From Planctomycetota bacterium (GTDB lineage Bacteria; Planctomycetota; Phycisphaerae; UBA1845; UTPLA1): 64,000 nt of DNA. Of this stretch, positions 1 to 9,105 are shown in pieces; position 1 is the stretch's first letter, and the number at the start of each line of letters is the position of its first letter. The stretch lies in the NCBI GenBank assembly GCA_003576905.1, contig QEVG01000003.1, positions 51,357-115,356 of the forward strand, read 5' to 3'. The notes beneath the pieces were generated by a model. That model was not told the origin of the DNA and did no database searches. It saw nothing but the letters and a program-made list of their open reading frames with translations. The translations under genes were made by a program, and so were the position numbers.

Positions 1-765
1 CTGCTCGGCATTGGCGGATCGACCGTCATGATACCGGGCATGGTCATGCTTCTCGGCCCGCAGCAGCAGCACCTCTACCAGGCCGCCGCGATGATCGTCA
101 ATTTCTTTGTCGTCGGACCGGCCGTGCTCCGCCACGTACAGGCCCGTGCGACCCTGCGGCCCATGACCCGCTGGATGGTTCCCAGCGCCGTCGCCGGCGC
201 GGTCCTCGGTGTCGTGCTCAGCGAGCAGCCCGTCTTTCGCGGACCCGGCCAGGGCTGGCTCCAGCTCGGCTTCGCCGCCTTTCTTCTCTACGTCGTGGTC
301 TACAACGCCGCCCGCCTTTCCAGCGGAAAGCGATTGCCGCCGATGACCGAGGCCGACGCCGCAAAGTGCTCCAGGGCTGCCGTCGTCTTTCTCGTCGGCC
401 TGCCGGCGGGCCTCTTCGGCGGATTGCTCGGCGTCGGCGGCGGACTCGTGGCCGTCCCCGCGCAGCAGATTGCCCTGCGCGTTCCCCTCACGAACGCCAT
501 CGCCAATTCCGCATCGACCATCCTCTGGTCTAGCGTCGTCGGCGCGCTCGTAAAGAACGCCCGCCTCCACGAGCACGGCTTCGGAATCGCCCAGTCGCTC
601 CTCCTCGCCGCCCTCCTCGCGCCGACCGCGATCGTCGGCTCCTATTACACCGCAGACAAGGTCCACAAATGGCCCGTCAATGTCATCCGTCTGGCATTCG
701 TCGCACTGATGCTCTACTGCGCCTACCGCCTCGCCGCCGCCGGAGTGTCCTTGATCCGCCCGTGA
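1..765 (+). CDS. TSUP (TauE/SafE) family membrane transporter, 5'-truncated by the window edge
   Basis: The reading frame is open from base 1 (LLGIGGSTVMIPG..). It is a polytopic hydrophobic protein with the duplicated G-rich motif GLLGVGGGLVAVP typical of TauE/SafE permeases. Confidence 0.8.
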   Translation: MLGIGGSTVMIPGMVMLLGPQQQHLYQAAAMIVNFFVVGPAVLRHVQARATLRPMTRWMVPSAVAGAVLGVVLSEQPVFRGPGQGWLQLGFAAFLLYVVVYNAARLSSGKRLPPMTEADAAKCSRAAVVFLVGLPAGLFGGLLGVGGGLVAVPAQQIALRVPLTNAIANSASTILWSSVVGALVKNARLHEHGFGIAQSLLLAALLAPTAIVGSYYTADKVHKWPVNVIRLAFVALMLYCAYRLAAAGVSLIRP

Positions 766-834
766 GCACCCGCCTGCCCGTGCCGCCAACCTGACGCGCT
801 CGCCCACCGACCCGCTTCGTTCGATCCGGCCACC

Positions 835-1917
835 TCAAAACCCCGTCGGTTGTTCAAATTCCGCCAGGAAGATCTGGCTCGTTCCGTCCGCCCCGCGCTG
901 GCTGGTCCACATCATCCGCTTGCCGTCCCGGCTGATCACCGGCAGACCGTCGAAGCGCGGGCTGAAAGTCACCCGACGCTGCGCCCCCGTCTCGATGTTC
1001 AGCAGGTACACTTCATAATTCCTGTGCCCGTGCAGGCTCGTCGTAAACACCACACTTCGCCCATCCGGCAGCCAGTACGGCGCCCAGTTCACCACGTCGC
1101 TGTCCGCCGTGAGCTGCCGCTCGCCGGTCCCGTCGGCATTGATGACATAGAGCTGAAGCCGATCGTTCTGTTGCCGGTCGGCCCGAAAGATGATCCGCTC
1201 GCCATCCGGAGAAAAGAACGGGCCCCCGTCATACCCCGGTCGGTTCGTGATCTGCCGAACCCCGCTCCCGTCCGCGTTCATCACGTAAAGATCCGGATCT
1301 CCGTCCCGGTCGCTGCAAAAAACGATCCGCCTCCCGTCCGGGCTGTACGCACATTCCGCGTCGTAGCCCGGCGTGGCCGTAAGCGGCCGCGCGCCGCTCC
1401 CGTCGACATTCGCCGAAAGGATGTCCATCCCGCCCGGCATGTCCCAGATGTAGCTGCTTCCCTCGCGATGATACTGATTCGGATTCGCCAGATCCGGGTT
1501 CAGATAACTCGACGCGTAGATAATCCCCTTGCCCGAAGGTTCAAAAAACCCGCACGTGCACGCCCCGCCTCCAGGGCTTACCTGACGCAGCGAGCCAGCC
1601 ACCGCACGACCCGTCGCGTCCAGGTCCAGCGTGTACATCTGGTACTTGTTCTGGCCCTTGGGATACGCCTGAAAGATGATCTTTCGCATGTCCGGGCTGA
1701 AGTATGCCTCGCCCGCGCGGTCGAGCCCCATGTCCGGACGGGTAAGCTGCCGAACATCGCTCAGGCAGGCGCGCTCGCTTTCAGACCACTGGGCCTCGCC
1801 CGTCTCGTCCGCCACCAGCGTGTAAGCGGGAGACGCACAGCCACACCCCAGGAAAATGCAAGCCACCGCAATCCTTGGCGAGAGACACCTGCAACCGGAT
1901 AGGCTGTTTTTCGTCAT
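835..1917 (-). CDS. TolB-like periplasmic beta-propeller lipoprotein (WD40-like beta-propeller repeats)
   Basis: Repeated 'SPDG+xIxF.sdRdG..dLYvmnaDGsg.rqlT' units. The internal ATG at 1917 gives MTKNSLSGC..IFLGCGC, a lipoprotein-type signal. The upstream extension of the ORF is probably not translated. Confidence 0.85.
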   Translation of the reverse strand: MTKNSLSGCRCLSPRIAVACIFLGCGCASPAYTLVADETGEAQWSESERACLSDVRQLTRPDMGLDRAGEAYFSPDMRKIIFQAYPKGQNKYQMYTLDLDATGRAVAGSLRQVSPGGGACTCGFFEPSGKGIIYASSYLNPDLANPNQYHREGSSYIWDMPGGMDILSANVDGSGARPLTATPGYDAECAYSPDGRRIVFCSDRDGDPDLYVMNADGSGVRQITNRPGYDGGPFFSPDGERIIFRADRQQNDRLQLYVINADGTGERQLTADSDVVNWAPYWLPDGRSVVFTTSLHGHRNYEVYLLNIETGAQRRVTFSPRFDGLPVISRDGKRMMWTSQRGADGTSQIFLAEFEQPTGF

Positions 1918-2395
1918 GGTGCCGCCATGATATCCGAACTGCTTTCGGCGTCGCGTACAGTCCCGCTGACTCAGGTTCATACGTTTTAGCTCGCCCGAAA
2001 ACTTGGGCTCCCCCAGCCATATCGCCGGCCTTTTGCGTACGCCTCGCATGCCCGGCACGCCCGACGAGACGCGCCTCATCAGGCCCCAAACCGGGGGGAG
2101 GGAGCCCCATCCAGGACGCCCGAAAAGCCGCCGGGGACACAGGGTTTCGTACCCGGCACCCCCCCGAAAAACGGAATCTTTTTTGCTTTACCGCCTTGGA
2201 ATTAGGATGTATTATTCTGGATGGCTGGTTTGGTATGACGATCGTGCTTGAAGGGTCCGCGTCATTTCAGAATGAATTCCCCGCAGATCTCTGCCGTTCG
2301 CCCATTCCGCCTGTTGGTCCGCGCGTATGGACCCTTTCCGTTCGACCTGGAAAGAGAAAGATACGGTCGACTTGCCCTGACCTGGAGATACGAGA

Positions 2396-2725
2396 ATGGG
2401 CAGAAAGTTGTATGTCGGTAACCTTCCTTTCAACATGAGCGGCTCGGACCTTGAGCAGCTGTTCGCCCCCCACGGGACTGTGACCAGCGCTCAGGTCATT
2501 TCTGACCGCGAGACCGGTCGGAGCAAGGGCTTCGGCTTCGTCGAAATGTCCAATGACAACGAGGCCCAGGCCGCTATGGACGCCCTCAACGGCCAGCAGC
2601 ATCAGGGCCGCGCCCTGACCGTCAACGAGGCTCGCCCGAAGGAAAATCGCGGCGGCGGTGGTGGCGGCGGCGGTCGTGGTGGCTACGGCGGCGGCCGCGG
2701 TGGCGGCGGTCGCGACCGGTACTAA
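2396..2725 (+). CDS. RRM-domain RNA-binding protein with Gly/Arg-rich tail
   Basis: RNP2 LYVGNL and RNP1 KGFGFVEM motifs, with a C-terminal GGGGGGGGRGGYGGGRGGGGR tail. It sits alone between a long leader and a strong terminator. Confidence 0.93.
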   Translation: MGRKLYVGNLPFNMSGSDLEQLFAPHGTVTSAQVISDRETGRSKGFGFVEMSNDNEAQAAMDALNGQQHQGRALTVNEARPKENRGGGGGGGGRGGYGGGRGGGGRDRY

Positions 2726-2762
2726 CCGGTTCCCGCCCGATTCGCACAACACTTGTCACTCG

Positions 2763-2793
2763 GAGACCGCGCACCCGCGCGGTCTCTTTTTTT
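2763..2793 (+). terminator. Rho-independent terminator of the RRM gene
   Basis: GAGACCGCG-(loop)-CGCGGTCTC stem followed by a run of 8 T. Confidence 0.85.
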
Positions 2794-2861
2794 TCCCCCG
2801 GCGCGACTGGACGACAAGCCGGTCAGGACGGTTCCGGGGCATCTCGCGCGACACTCCACGG

Positions 2862-5800
2862 CTATTGTACGAGCAATACGGCGACCACCGCCGGAATATC
2901 CAATACATTCACGTCAGAGTCCTCATTCAGATTGGCCGCACACAGTTCATCATTAGTGGCTGATTGCGGATTAAACAGCACTTCTACAAACCGGGCGACA
3001 TCACCCCCATTTACGAACGAGTCCCCGTTCACGTCCCCCGGTCGCCGGTTCGGACACGTATCGCAAACGTCTCCAGCCCCGTCTCCATCCGCGTCAGCTT
3101 GATCAGGATTCGAATAATCCGGGCAGTTATCGCACGGGCCCGGTACGTCATCTGCATCCGAATCGAATCCTCCGATCGGAATGACATACGCCGCCCCAGC
3201 AAGTGGGCCGAACGCGCTGTCACGGTGGTACCCGACGAGGGCGCGAATTCCCGAGATTGAAACGAACGCGCCGAAACTGCTCTGTAACGAACTGTGAAAC
3301 GTCGCCGAAAGTTGCTGCACGCCCGTTTCGTCGCCGGTCGGAAAGAAATACACGGAGCGGGCGCTTCCCACGCAGATTGCCTCCCCATTGGTGGCGACCG
3401 ATTGCCCGAAATATTCGCCGACCACCGCATCCACGGCGGTCAGCTTGCCGACTTGCGACCAGGCGCCTTCGGTCCTCCTGAATACGTAGGCCGAACCGGA
3501 AGCGCTGCCGTGGTCGTCATCCAGATGCGCGCCGACGACGGCCATATCGCCATGAAGCGCGACCGCGAAGCCGAAAAGATCGGCCGGCGCGCCGTCGGCT
3601 GCGGTAAGCTTCGCCTGATACGTCCAGTTCTCCCCTTCTCGAACGTAGATGTATGCCGAACCGGATGCACTCCCTAAGTCGTCATCCTCATTCGATCCAA
3701 CGATCAGCGTATCCGCGCTGAGCGCCGCCGAAAACCCGAACCAATCGCCGGCCTCGGCGTCGTACGCCGTCAGTTTCTGTTGAAGATCCCACCCTCCATC
3801 CGTTCGAACAAACACGTAGGCCGACCCTGCATTGATGTACGCGTCGTCATCCTGATACGCCCCGACCACAAGCGTGTCGCCTTCGAGCGATACGCTGCGC
3901 CCGAAGTTGTCTCCTGCCGCCCCGTCGGGCGCCGTGATTTTCTGTCCGAGCGACCACGCTCCGCCCGATCGCACGAAGATATACACCGCGCCCGCGTTCG
4001 CGCCCAGATCATCGTCCCCTTCAGATCCAACGGCCACGACGTCCCCGCACACCGCGCTCGATATGCCGAAATAATCGCTGGCGGACGCATCCGGCGCTGT
4101 CAGATGGGCCTGGTGCACCCACGTGCCGTCCATCTCCACAAAAACATGGGCCGATCCAGTGTCCACAAACGGCCCGTCGTCCCCGTAGGCCCCTGCGACC
4201 AACGTCGAGCCGCTGATCGACACCGAGTACCCGAAGCGGTCCTGGGCCGCGGCGTCCGGCGCCGTGAGGCGCGCGATCTCGTCTCCCATCGGGTCAATCG
4301 CGCACGCGTCACATGCGTCTCCAAACCGATCGGAATCAAAGTTCGATTGATTCGGGTTATAGACCGCGGGGCAGTTGTCGCACGCATCGCCGACCATATC
4401 GCCGTCGGAATCGAACTGGTTGGAATTTGAAACGGTGGGACAGTTGTCACACGCGTCGCCGCGGCTGTCGCTGTCACTGTTAATCTGATTGGCGTTCGCC
4501 GCTGCGGGGCAGTTGTCGCATGCGTTGCCGACGCCATCCCCGTCGCCGTCGGTGAAATCCTCGGAGGCGACGTACGGGCAGTTGTCGCACGCGTCCCCGC
4601 GGCTGTCGCCATCGCTGTTGGCCTGGTTCGCGTTCGCGGTCGTGAGACAGTTGTCACACGCGTCCCCCACGCCGTCGGAATCGCCGTCGGCCTGATCGAT
4701 GTTGGCGTGCGCCGGGCAGTTGTCGCACGCATCACCAAGGGAGTCGTTGTCAATGTCGGATTGACTCGGATTGTAATTGTTTGGACAGTTGTCGCACGGC
4801 TGCCCGCGCCAGTCTGCATCCGTATCCGTCTGATCCGCGTTGGCGATAAATCGGCAGTTGTCGCAGTTGTCCGCAACGCCATCCAGGTCTGAATCAGGGT
4901 GAATTGCCTGCCCGGCCGGTAACTCATCCACGCCGATATCCACGCGGCAACCAGCTACCCGCGGCTCTCCATCCAGATCCGTCTCTCCCCCTGCAACCGG
5001 GCTGAAGAGCGGATCGCCGCCGTCTACACACAGGGACGACGGCTCAATGTGGATGTCAAGGATTTTGTAGGTCGCGCCGGCGACACCCATAGACTCGAAA
5101 TCGCCCCATACCGTGATCGCATTCGACGTGTTGCCGATGATGAGCGACTGCCTGGCCTGCGCCGTACTCGGGTTCAGAAACGCCCCAATCCACTGTCCCG
5201 GCATCCAGCTTGCTGTCGCATCGGTGAAAGTCGTCTGCATTGCCGCGGCATCAAAGACCCCGTTACCCGACCACTGACCAGTCAAGCTCGCCTTGAAGAG
5301 CGGGGCGGCGCCGATGTTGTCCGTGCCTCCCAGCTGCCCCGTCAGTCCTTGAACATCGCAGTAGTTGACACCGGACCCATCAGGCGGAGGAGGATTCGCC
5401 GGTCCGGAGATCTGTGCGCTCTCATTGATACCGTCATCGTCTTGATTGCCCCACAGAATGCAGTTCACCACGTCGCTTCGATACCAATCGCAACTCGACA
5501 GAGATGCGCCGCCTGTAACGTTCGCGACGTTCTCGACGATACTGCAGTTGGTCGCGCGTGTACTCCCGTCACACCACGCAAAAAGCGCACCGCCTTGGTT
5601 CGCTTTGTTGCCCACAAAGATACAGTTGATGATATGAAATTGTGCTTCATAATATTGGCAAGCGCCTCCTTCTAGCTCTGCGTAATTACCTGCAAATACA
5701 CAGCCGACTGCGGTCAAACCGGCATCATCAATTAGAATGCATCCTCCTCGTGAGGCTGAGTTGCCCACAAAAACCGAATCGCGCAAGACAGGCTCATACG

Positions 5801-6542
5801 ATCCGACGACGATCGCACCCCCCGCGTTACCGGCCGAGTTCTGGACAGCCAGACACCTGTTGACGAGCACATATCCGTGGATCGACAGTGCCCCCCCGCT
5901 GTACATTGAGTGATTGCGAAAAAAACGGCAGTCTTCTATTGTAAATCCGTCTTCGTCCCAGGCGGACACCACGATTGCGGCTCCACTTGTGCCCCGGTTT
6001 TCATAGAAAGTGCACTTTTCCACACTTCCTCTTACATCCGTAAAGGAACCACCGGAGTCCTCTGCTCCGTAGACGCTGAGTCCTTCAATCAGCACATCGT
6101 CGACCGAAACCGTGAGCAGCTGAAAGGTGTTGTCTTCCCGATTGGCGAAGTCCGCCCCGTCGTCTCCGTTCAGATCTCCGCTCAGAATCGTTTCATACGC
6201 GGCAATGTCCCGCTCGTCCGGGTCCGCCGCCCCCACGCCCGCATATCCGCCCCGCAGTGCCAGCCCCGCGCGCGGTAAGAACGATGCGCTCCGATCGCCG
6301 CCCGGGCCGGCGGGCCGGTACGTCCCGCCTGCAATCCGGATTTCATCGACCTCTGCGTCCGCGTTCGCAATCGCGAGCGCGGCCTGAAGGTCCGCCACAA
6401 CGCCTTGCCAACTCCGTCCATCGCCCCCGGGCGATGCGTCGTCATCGACGTAAATCGTGCTCCCCTGCGCCAGACTCGCCGCGCAGAGAATGGCCCCGGT
6501 TGAGATCCATCGAAGGTGTCTCCGACACTCCGTCGATTTCAT
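2862..6542 (-). CDS. Giant secreted mosaic adhesin-like protein: Pmp-like beta-helix, TSP type-3 Ca-binding repeats, FG-GAP-like repeats, C-terminal dockerin-like module
   Basis: The start at 6542 is preceded by AGGAGG, and MKSTECRRHLRWISTGAILCAASLAQG is a signal peptide. Seven or more FxxN..GGA[ILV] units are present. The DxDxDGxGDACDNCP repeat occurs about 9 times. 'DxFGxSVxxxGDxxvVGA..DD..G..sGSAYvF' occurs about 7 times. The C-terminus carries GDVNGDSFVNGGDVARFVEVL...NLNEDSDVNVLDIPAVVAVLL. Confidence 0.9.
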   Translation of the reverse strand: MKSTECRRHLRWISTGAILCAASLAQGSTIYVDDDASPGGDGRSWQGVVADLQAALAIANADAEVDEIRIAGGTYRPAGPGGDRSASFLPRAGLALRGGYAGVGAADPDERDIAAYETILSGDLNGDDGADFANREDNTFQLLTVSVDDVLIEGLSVYGAEDSGGSFTDVRGSVEKCTFYENRGTSGAAIVVSAWDEDGFTIEDCRFFRNHSMYSGGALSIHGYVLVNRCLAVQNSAGNAGGAIVVGSYEPVLRDSVFVGNSASRGGCILIDDAGLTAVGCVFAGNYAELEGGACQYYEAQFHIINCIFVGNKANQGGALFAWCDGSTRATNCSIVENVANVTGGASLSSCDWYRSDVVNCILWGNQDDDGINESAQISGPANPPPPDGSGVNYCDVQGLTGQLGGTDNIGAAPLFKASLTGQWSGNGVFDAAAMQTTFTDATASWMPGQWIGAFLNPSTAQARQSLIIGNTSNAITVWGDFESMGVAGATYKILDIHIEPSSLCVDGGDPLFSPVAGGETDLDGEPRVAGCRVDIGVDELPAGQAIHPDSDLDGVADNCDNCRFIANADQTDTDADWRGQPCDNCPNNYNPSQSDIDNDSLGDACDNCPAHANIDQADGDSDGVGDACDNCLTTANANQANSDGDSRGDACDNCPYVASEDFTDGDGDGVGNACDNCPAAANANQINSDSDSRGDACDNCPTVSNSNQFDSDGDMVGDACDNCPAVYNPNQSNFDSDRFGDACDACAIDPMGDEIARLTAPDAAAQDRFGYSVSISGSTLVAGAYGDDGPFVDTGSAHVFVEMDGTWVHQAHLTAPDASASDYFGISSAVCGDVVAVGSEGDDDLGANAGAVYIFVRSGGAWSLGQKITAPDGAAGDNFGRSVSLEGDTLVVGAYQDDDAYINAGSAYVFVRTDGGWDLQQKLTAYDAEAGDWFGFSAALSADTLIVGSNEDDDLGSASGSAYIYVREGENWTYQAKLTAADGAPADLFGFAVALHGDMAVVGAHLDDDHGSASGSAYVFRRTEGAWSQVGKLTAVDAVVGEYFGQSVATNGEAICVGSARSVYFFPTGDETGVQQLSATFHSSLQSSFGAFVSISGIRALVGYHRDSAFGPLAGAAYVIPIGGFDSDADDVPGPCDNCPDYSNPDQADADGDGAGDVCDTCPNRRPGDVNGDSFVNGGDVARFVEVLFNPQSATNDELCAANLNEDSDVNVLDIPAVVAVLLVQ
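4295..4905 (-). repeat. In-frame thrombospondin type-3-like repeat array inside the giant adhesin gene
   Basis: A periodic DNA/protein repeat encoding ..D.DGDGVGDACDNCP.. units. It lies within the CDS and is not a CRISPR array. Confidence 0.85.
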
Positions 6543-7272
6543 GATTTTCCTCCTTTGATCCTCGCGCGACATGCCATCACCGCGCCCCCGCTGTTCCCGG
6601 CCCGATTACGGTCAATCCCATCGCCGACGCCGCGCGCATCCGCCGGTCTGAACCGAACTCCGCACGCCGGCCGGGCATGCGCCGACCAATGCTCAATCTC
6701 TCACACAAACTCGGCAGGCCCGGAGTCGAAGGGGCGATCGACCGGTGCCAGTATAACCTCTCCCACGTTGAATTGGCACGACGGAACCAATGTGACCGTA
6801 CCTGTCGAAAGAGACAGGTATCCGCCGCGGCCGCTCGAACTTCGACAGACAGGTGCTACCCCGCCGTCACGCCGGCTTCCAGCGCGATCCACCCGATGTC
6901 GCGCGCGAAAACGACATGTCCCCTGGATGCGGCAAATACCCGACTTCAGGATCACGACGTTTCTCAACATGTCAGTTGCCGCGTGATGAGAGTCCCGGAC
7001 CTGCGGCCCGATCAGAAACGCTTTTTGTGCAGAGATTGGCCTGAAAAGCGAGAGCGCGGAGCCAGATAGATAAGTACTCGATGCAGCGTGTCGCCTCCCG
7101 GCCGCGGTCGCCGCGAAAGCGCGAAATTCTGGGAACTTCAGGCGGATTCAGGCGGATGTCGCCATTTTTTTATTTGCCCGCGACGCAAATGCGCAAGATA
7201 CCGATGCACAAGCGCCGTCCCGTCGATTCTTTCAACTGTCGAATAATAATCGCGCATCAGGCCCGCCGGACA

Positions 7273-8595
7273 CTATCCGCTCGCCTGCGACGAGCGCCTC
7301 AGCGGCATGGTCATGCACCGCGGCCCGCCGAGCCCCCGAACCAGTTCCGACCCGACGATTTTCACGACCTCCACGCCGGCCTTTTCCATCGCAACAATCG
7401 TTCGTGCATTCCGCTCATAGGTGCACGCCACGCGCGGCGCGAGCGCGAGAATGTTCGTTCCGTCCGTCCGCTGCTCGCGCGAGGCATAGTGCTCGTCGCC
7501 CCCGCCGGTGCGGATGATCGTCACTTCTTTCCCGAACTCGTCGCTGAGAATCTCCGTCAGTCCCCGGCTCTCGTCCGCCCGGTGAATGTTTCCGGCGCCG
7601 TCCGAGTCGTAGCGATGAATGAACTTCACCTGCTCCATCACGCCGGGATACCACACCACCATGCCCCGGTCGACGATCGTGAACACCGTATCCAGGTGCA
7701 TGAACGTCCGCTCGGTCGGGATCGGAATTCCATAAAGCCGGCTGTGCCGCCCGCTCTCGAAGATTCGCCGCGCCAGTATCTCAATCGTCTCGAGCCGCGT
7801 CCGCTCGCTCACGCCCACGAGCACCGCCTCGGCGTTGAGAACGATCACGTCCCCCCCCTCCACCGTGAACGGCCGGTCGTCCCGCGGAGCGTCCGACCCG
7901 CCATACGCGATGCGATGACCCTTGAACTCCGGGTGATGCTCCAGCACCGCACGCGCCAGAACCGTCTCGCGTATCCGCTCTACGAAGTGCATCTTGCATG
8001 AGATGACCGACTGCCCGATCACCACCGCGGGGTCGCGGCTGAAGTACGCGTTTGGGATCGGGCGGAGGATGAATTGCTTCCCAACCGGCCCAGAAGACAG
8101 CGGCCGGCGGGTCAGTTCCGCGTACTCCGCGTGCGTAAGCCCCTTGAAGAGGATGCCGACGAGTACGTCATTGGGGCATATTTGGGGATCATGCAGCTCC
8201 GCCGCGATCCCCGTGGCCTGTTCCGCGGCACAGACCTGGTCGATCAGCTTTCGCCGCGTCTCCGGCTGACCATCGAGCAAATCCCGCAGCAGCTTGTCGA
8301 GGTGCAACACCCGCACGCCGCGGTCGCGCATCTCATCCACGAATTCGTCATGCTCGTCCTGCATTCGCGCAAGGTACGGAATGTCCTCGAATAAGAACGC
8401 CTTCATGTTCTCGTGGGTCAGCCGGTCGATCTCTTCCCCCGGCCGGTGGACGAGGACGACTTCAAGGGGGTCATACTCGTTGAAGACTTGGAGTTTCACA
8501 GGTTGACCGCCTTCTGGCTTATCCGGCGTGATTGGATCGGCCCGGCCGCCCGGCCTCCCTGCCGGGGCAATGGTGTGCCCGAACCGTGTTTTCAT
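7273..8595 (-). CDS. arcA: Arginine deiminase
   Basis: N-terminal ..VFNEYDPLEVVLVHRPGEE..FLFEDIPYL..EHDEF.. and C-terminal GGPRCMTMPLRR (catalytic Cys context) match the ADI family. The true start may lie about 30 codons downstream. Confidence 0.85.
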   Translation of the reverse strand: MKTRFGHTIAPAGRPGGRADPITPDKPEGGQPVKLQVFNEYDPLEVVLVHRPGEEIDRLTHENMKAFLFEDIPYLARMQDEHDEFVDEMRDRGVRVLHLDKLLRDLLDGQPETRRKLIDQVCAAEQATGIAAELHDPQICPNDVLVGILFKGLTHAEYAELTRRPLSSGPVGKQFILRPIPNAYFSRDPAVVIGQSVISCKMHFVERIRETVLARAVLEHHPEFKGHRIAYGGSDAPRDDRPFTVEGGDVIVLNAEAVLVGVSERTRLETIEILARRIFESGRHSRLYGIPIPTERTFMHLDTVFTIVDRGMVVWYPGVMEQVKFIHRYDSDGAGNIHRADESRGLTEILSDEFGKEVTIIRTGGGDEHYASREQRTDGTNILALAPRVACTYERNARTIVAMEKAGVEVVKIVGSELVRGLGGPRCMTMPLRRSSQASG

Positions 8596-8713
8596 ACGTC
8601 GGGCATCTTAACCTTGGAAGGCCAACCCGCCAAAAGGCGATATCTATTTGTCGATTAACAGGTTGTGGATGACATCCGCCTGTGAATTACAGACCTGGTG
8701 CCCCCGGCGCCCG

Positions 8714-8965
8714 TCACGACCCGAGAACCGTGAATTCCGAATCTGGCTCGAGGACCAGGTCGATCAGTTCCCCATCCGTCCGGCGAAGCCGAAGCCGCTG
8801 GAGCCAGAGTTTGTCGTTCTTCCCATGCGCAAACCAACTCCCCGTGGGCTGAGGCCTGCAGGAGATCACCTCTCCCTCCACCTCGGTCCGCCAAGGGCCT
8901 TCCCGCGTGTCCACGGTCTGGACCACGCGAACCCTCTGACCCGGCTCAAGCGCTGGTACGATCAT
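8714..8965 (-). CDS. Small hypothetical protein (83 aa)
   Basis: ORF with genome-typical composition and no recognisable family. Confidence 0.45.
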   Translation of the reverse strand: MIVPALEPGQRVRVVQTVDTREGPWRTEVEGEVISCRPQPTGSWFAHGKNDKLWLQRLRLRRTDGELIDLVLEPDSEFTVLGS

Positions 8966-9105
8966 TCCGAACTGCTCCTCCGCGCTTCTCCCTGATTACA
9001 GGCAGACATCGTCCACGACAACCACGCGGAACGCAAGACCGGCGCTGTGTCCCGCCGCACACGGGTCGCGAAAGACCGGCCAGGGGCATGACAACCTCAC
9101 GACAC

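Noticed and set aside
850-1902. Long antisense or overlapping ORFs listed in the six-frame track. Examples: 850-1902(+), 12188-14095(+), 17750-18850(-), 20003-21322(-), 22791-23945(-), 24267-25400(-), 38220-39575(-), 45354-46406(-), 54367-55674(+), 55715-57145(+), 62011-63003(+).
   Set aside because: Each lies opposite a gene with unmistakable conserved motifs (TolB-like, CoxL, nfo, thiC, nitroreductase, DUF11, YhaM-like, mnmE, dnaJ, groEL, rpoC). Their translations are Arg/Pro/Ala/Gly-rich low-complexity strings, typical of stop-codon-poor antisense frames in high-GC DNA.
4295-4905. Regularly spaced DNA repeats that could superficially resemble a CRISPR array.
   Set aside because: They are in frame inside the giant adhesin gene and encode thrombospondin type-3 repeats (DxDxDGxGDACDNCP). 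There are no unique spacers and no cas genes.
6774-6790. TGGCACG resembling a sigma54 -24 element.
   Set aside because: There is no TTGC -12 element at the correct spacing (the sequence reads TGGCACGACGGAACC), and no + strand gene lies downstream.
7150-7200. Hairpin ATTTGC-N7-GCAAAT next to a T/A run downstream of arcA, as a possible terminator.
   Set aside because: On the arcA (minus) strand the hairpin is followed by an A-run, not a U-run. On the plus strand the T-run precedes the hairpin. Neither orientation is canonical.
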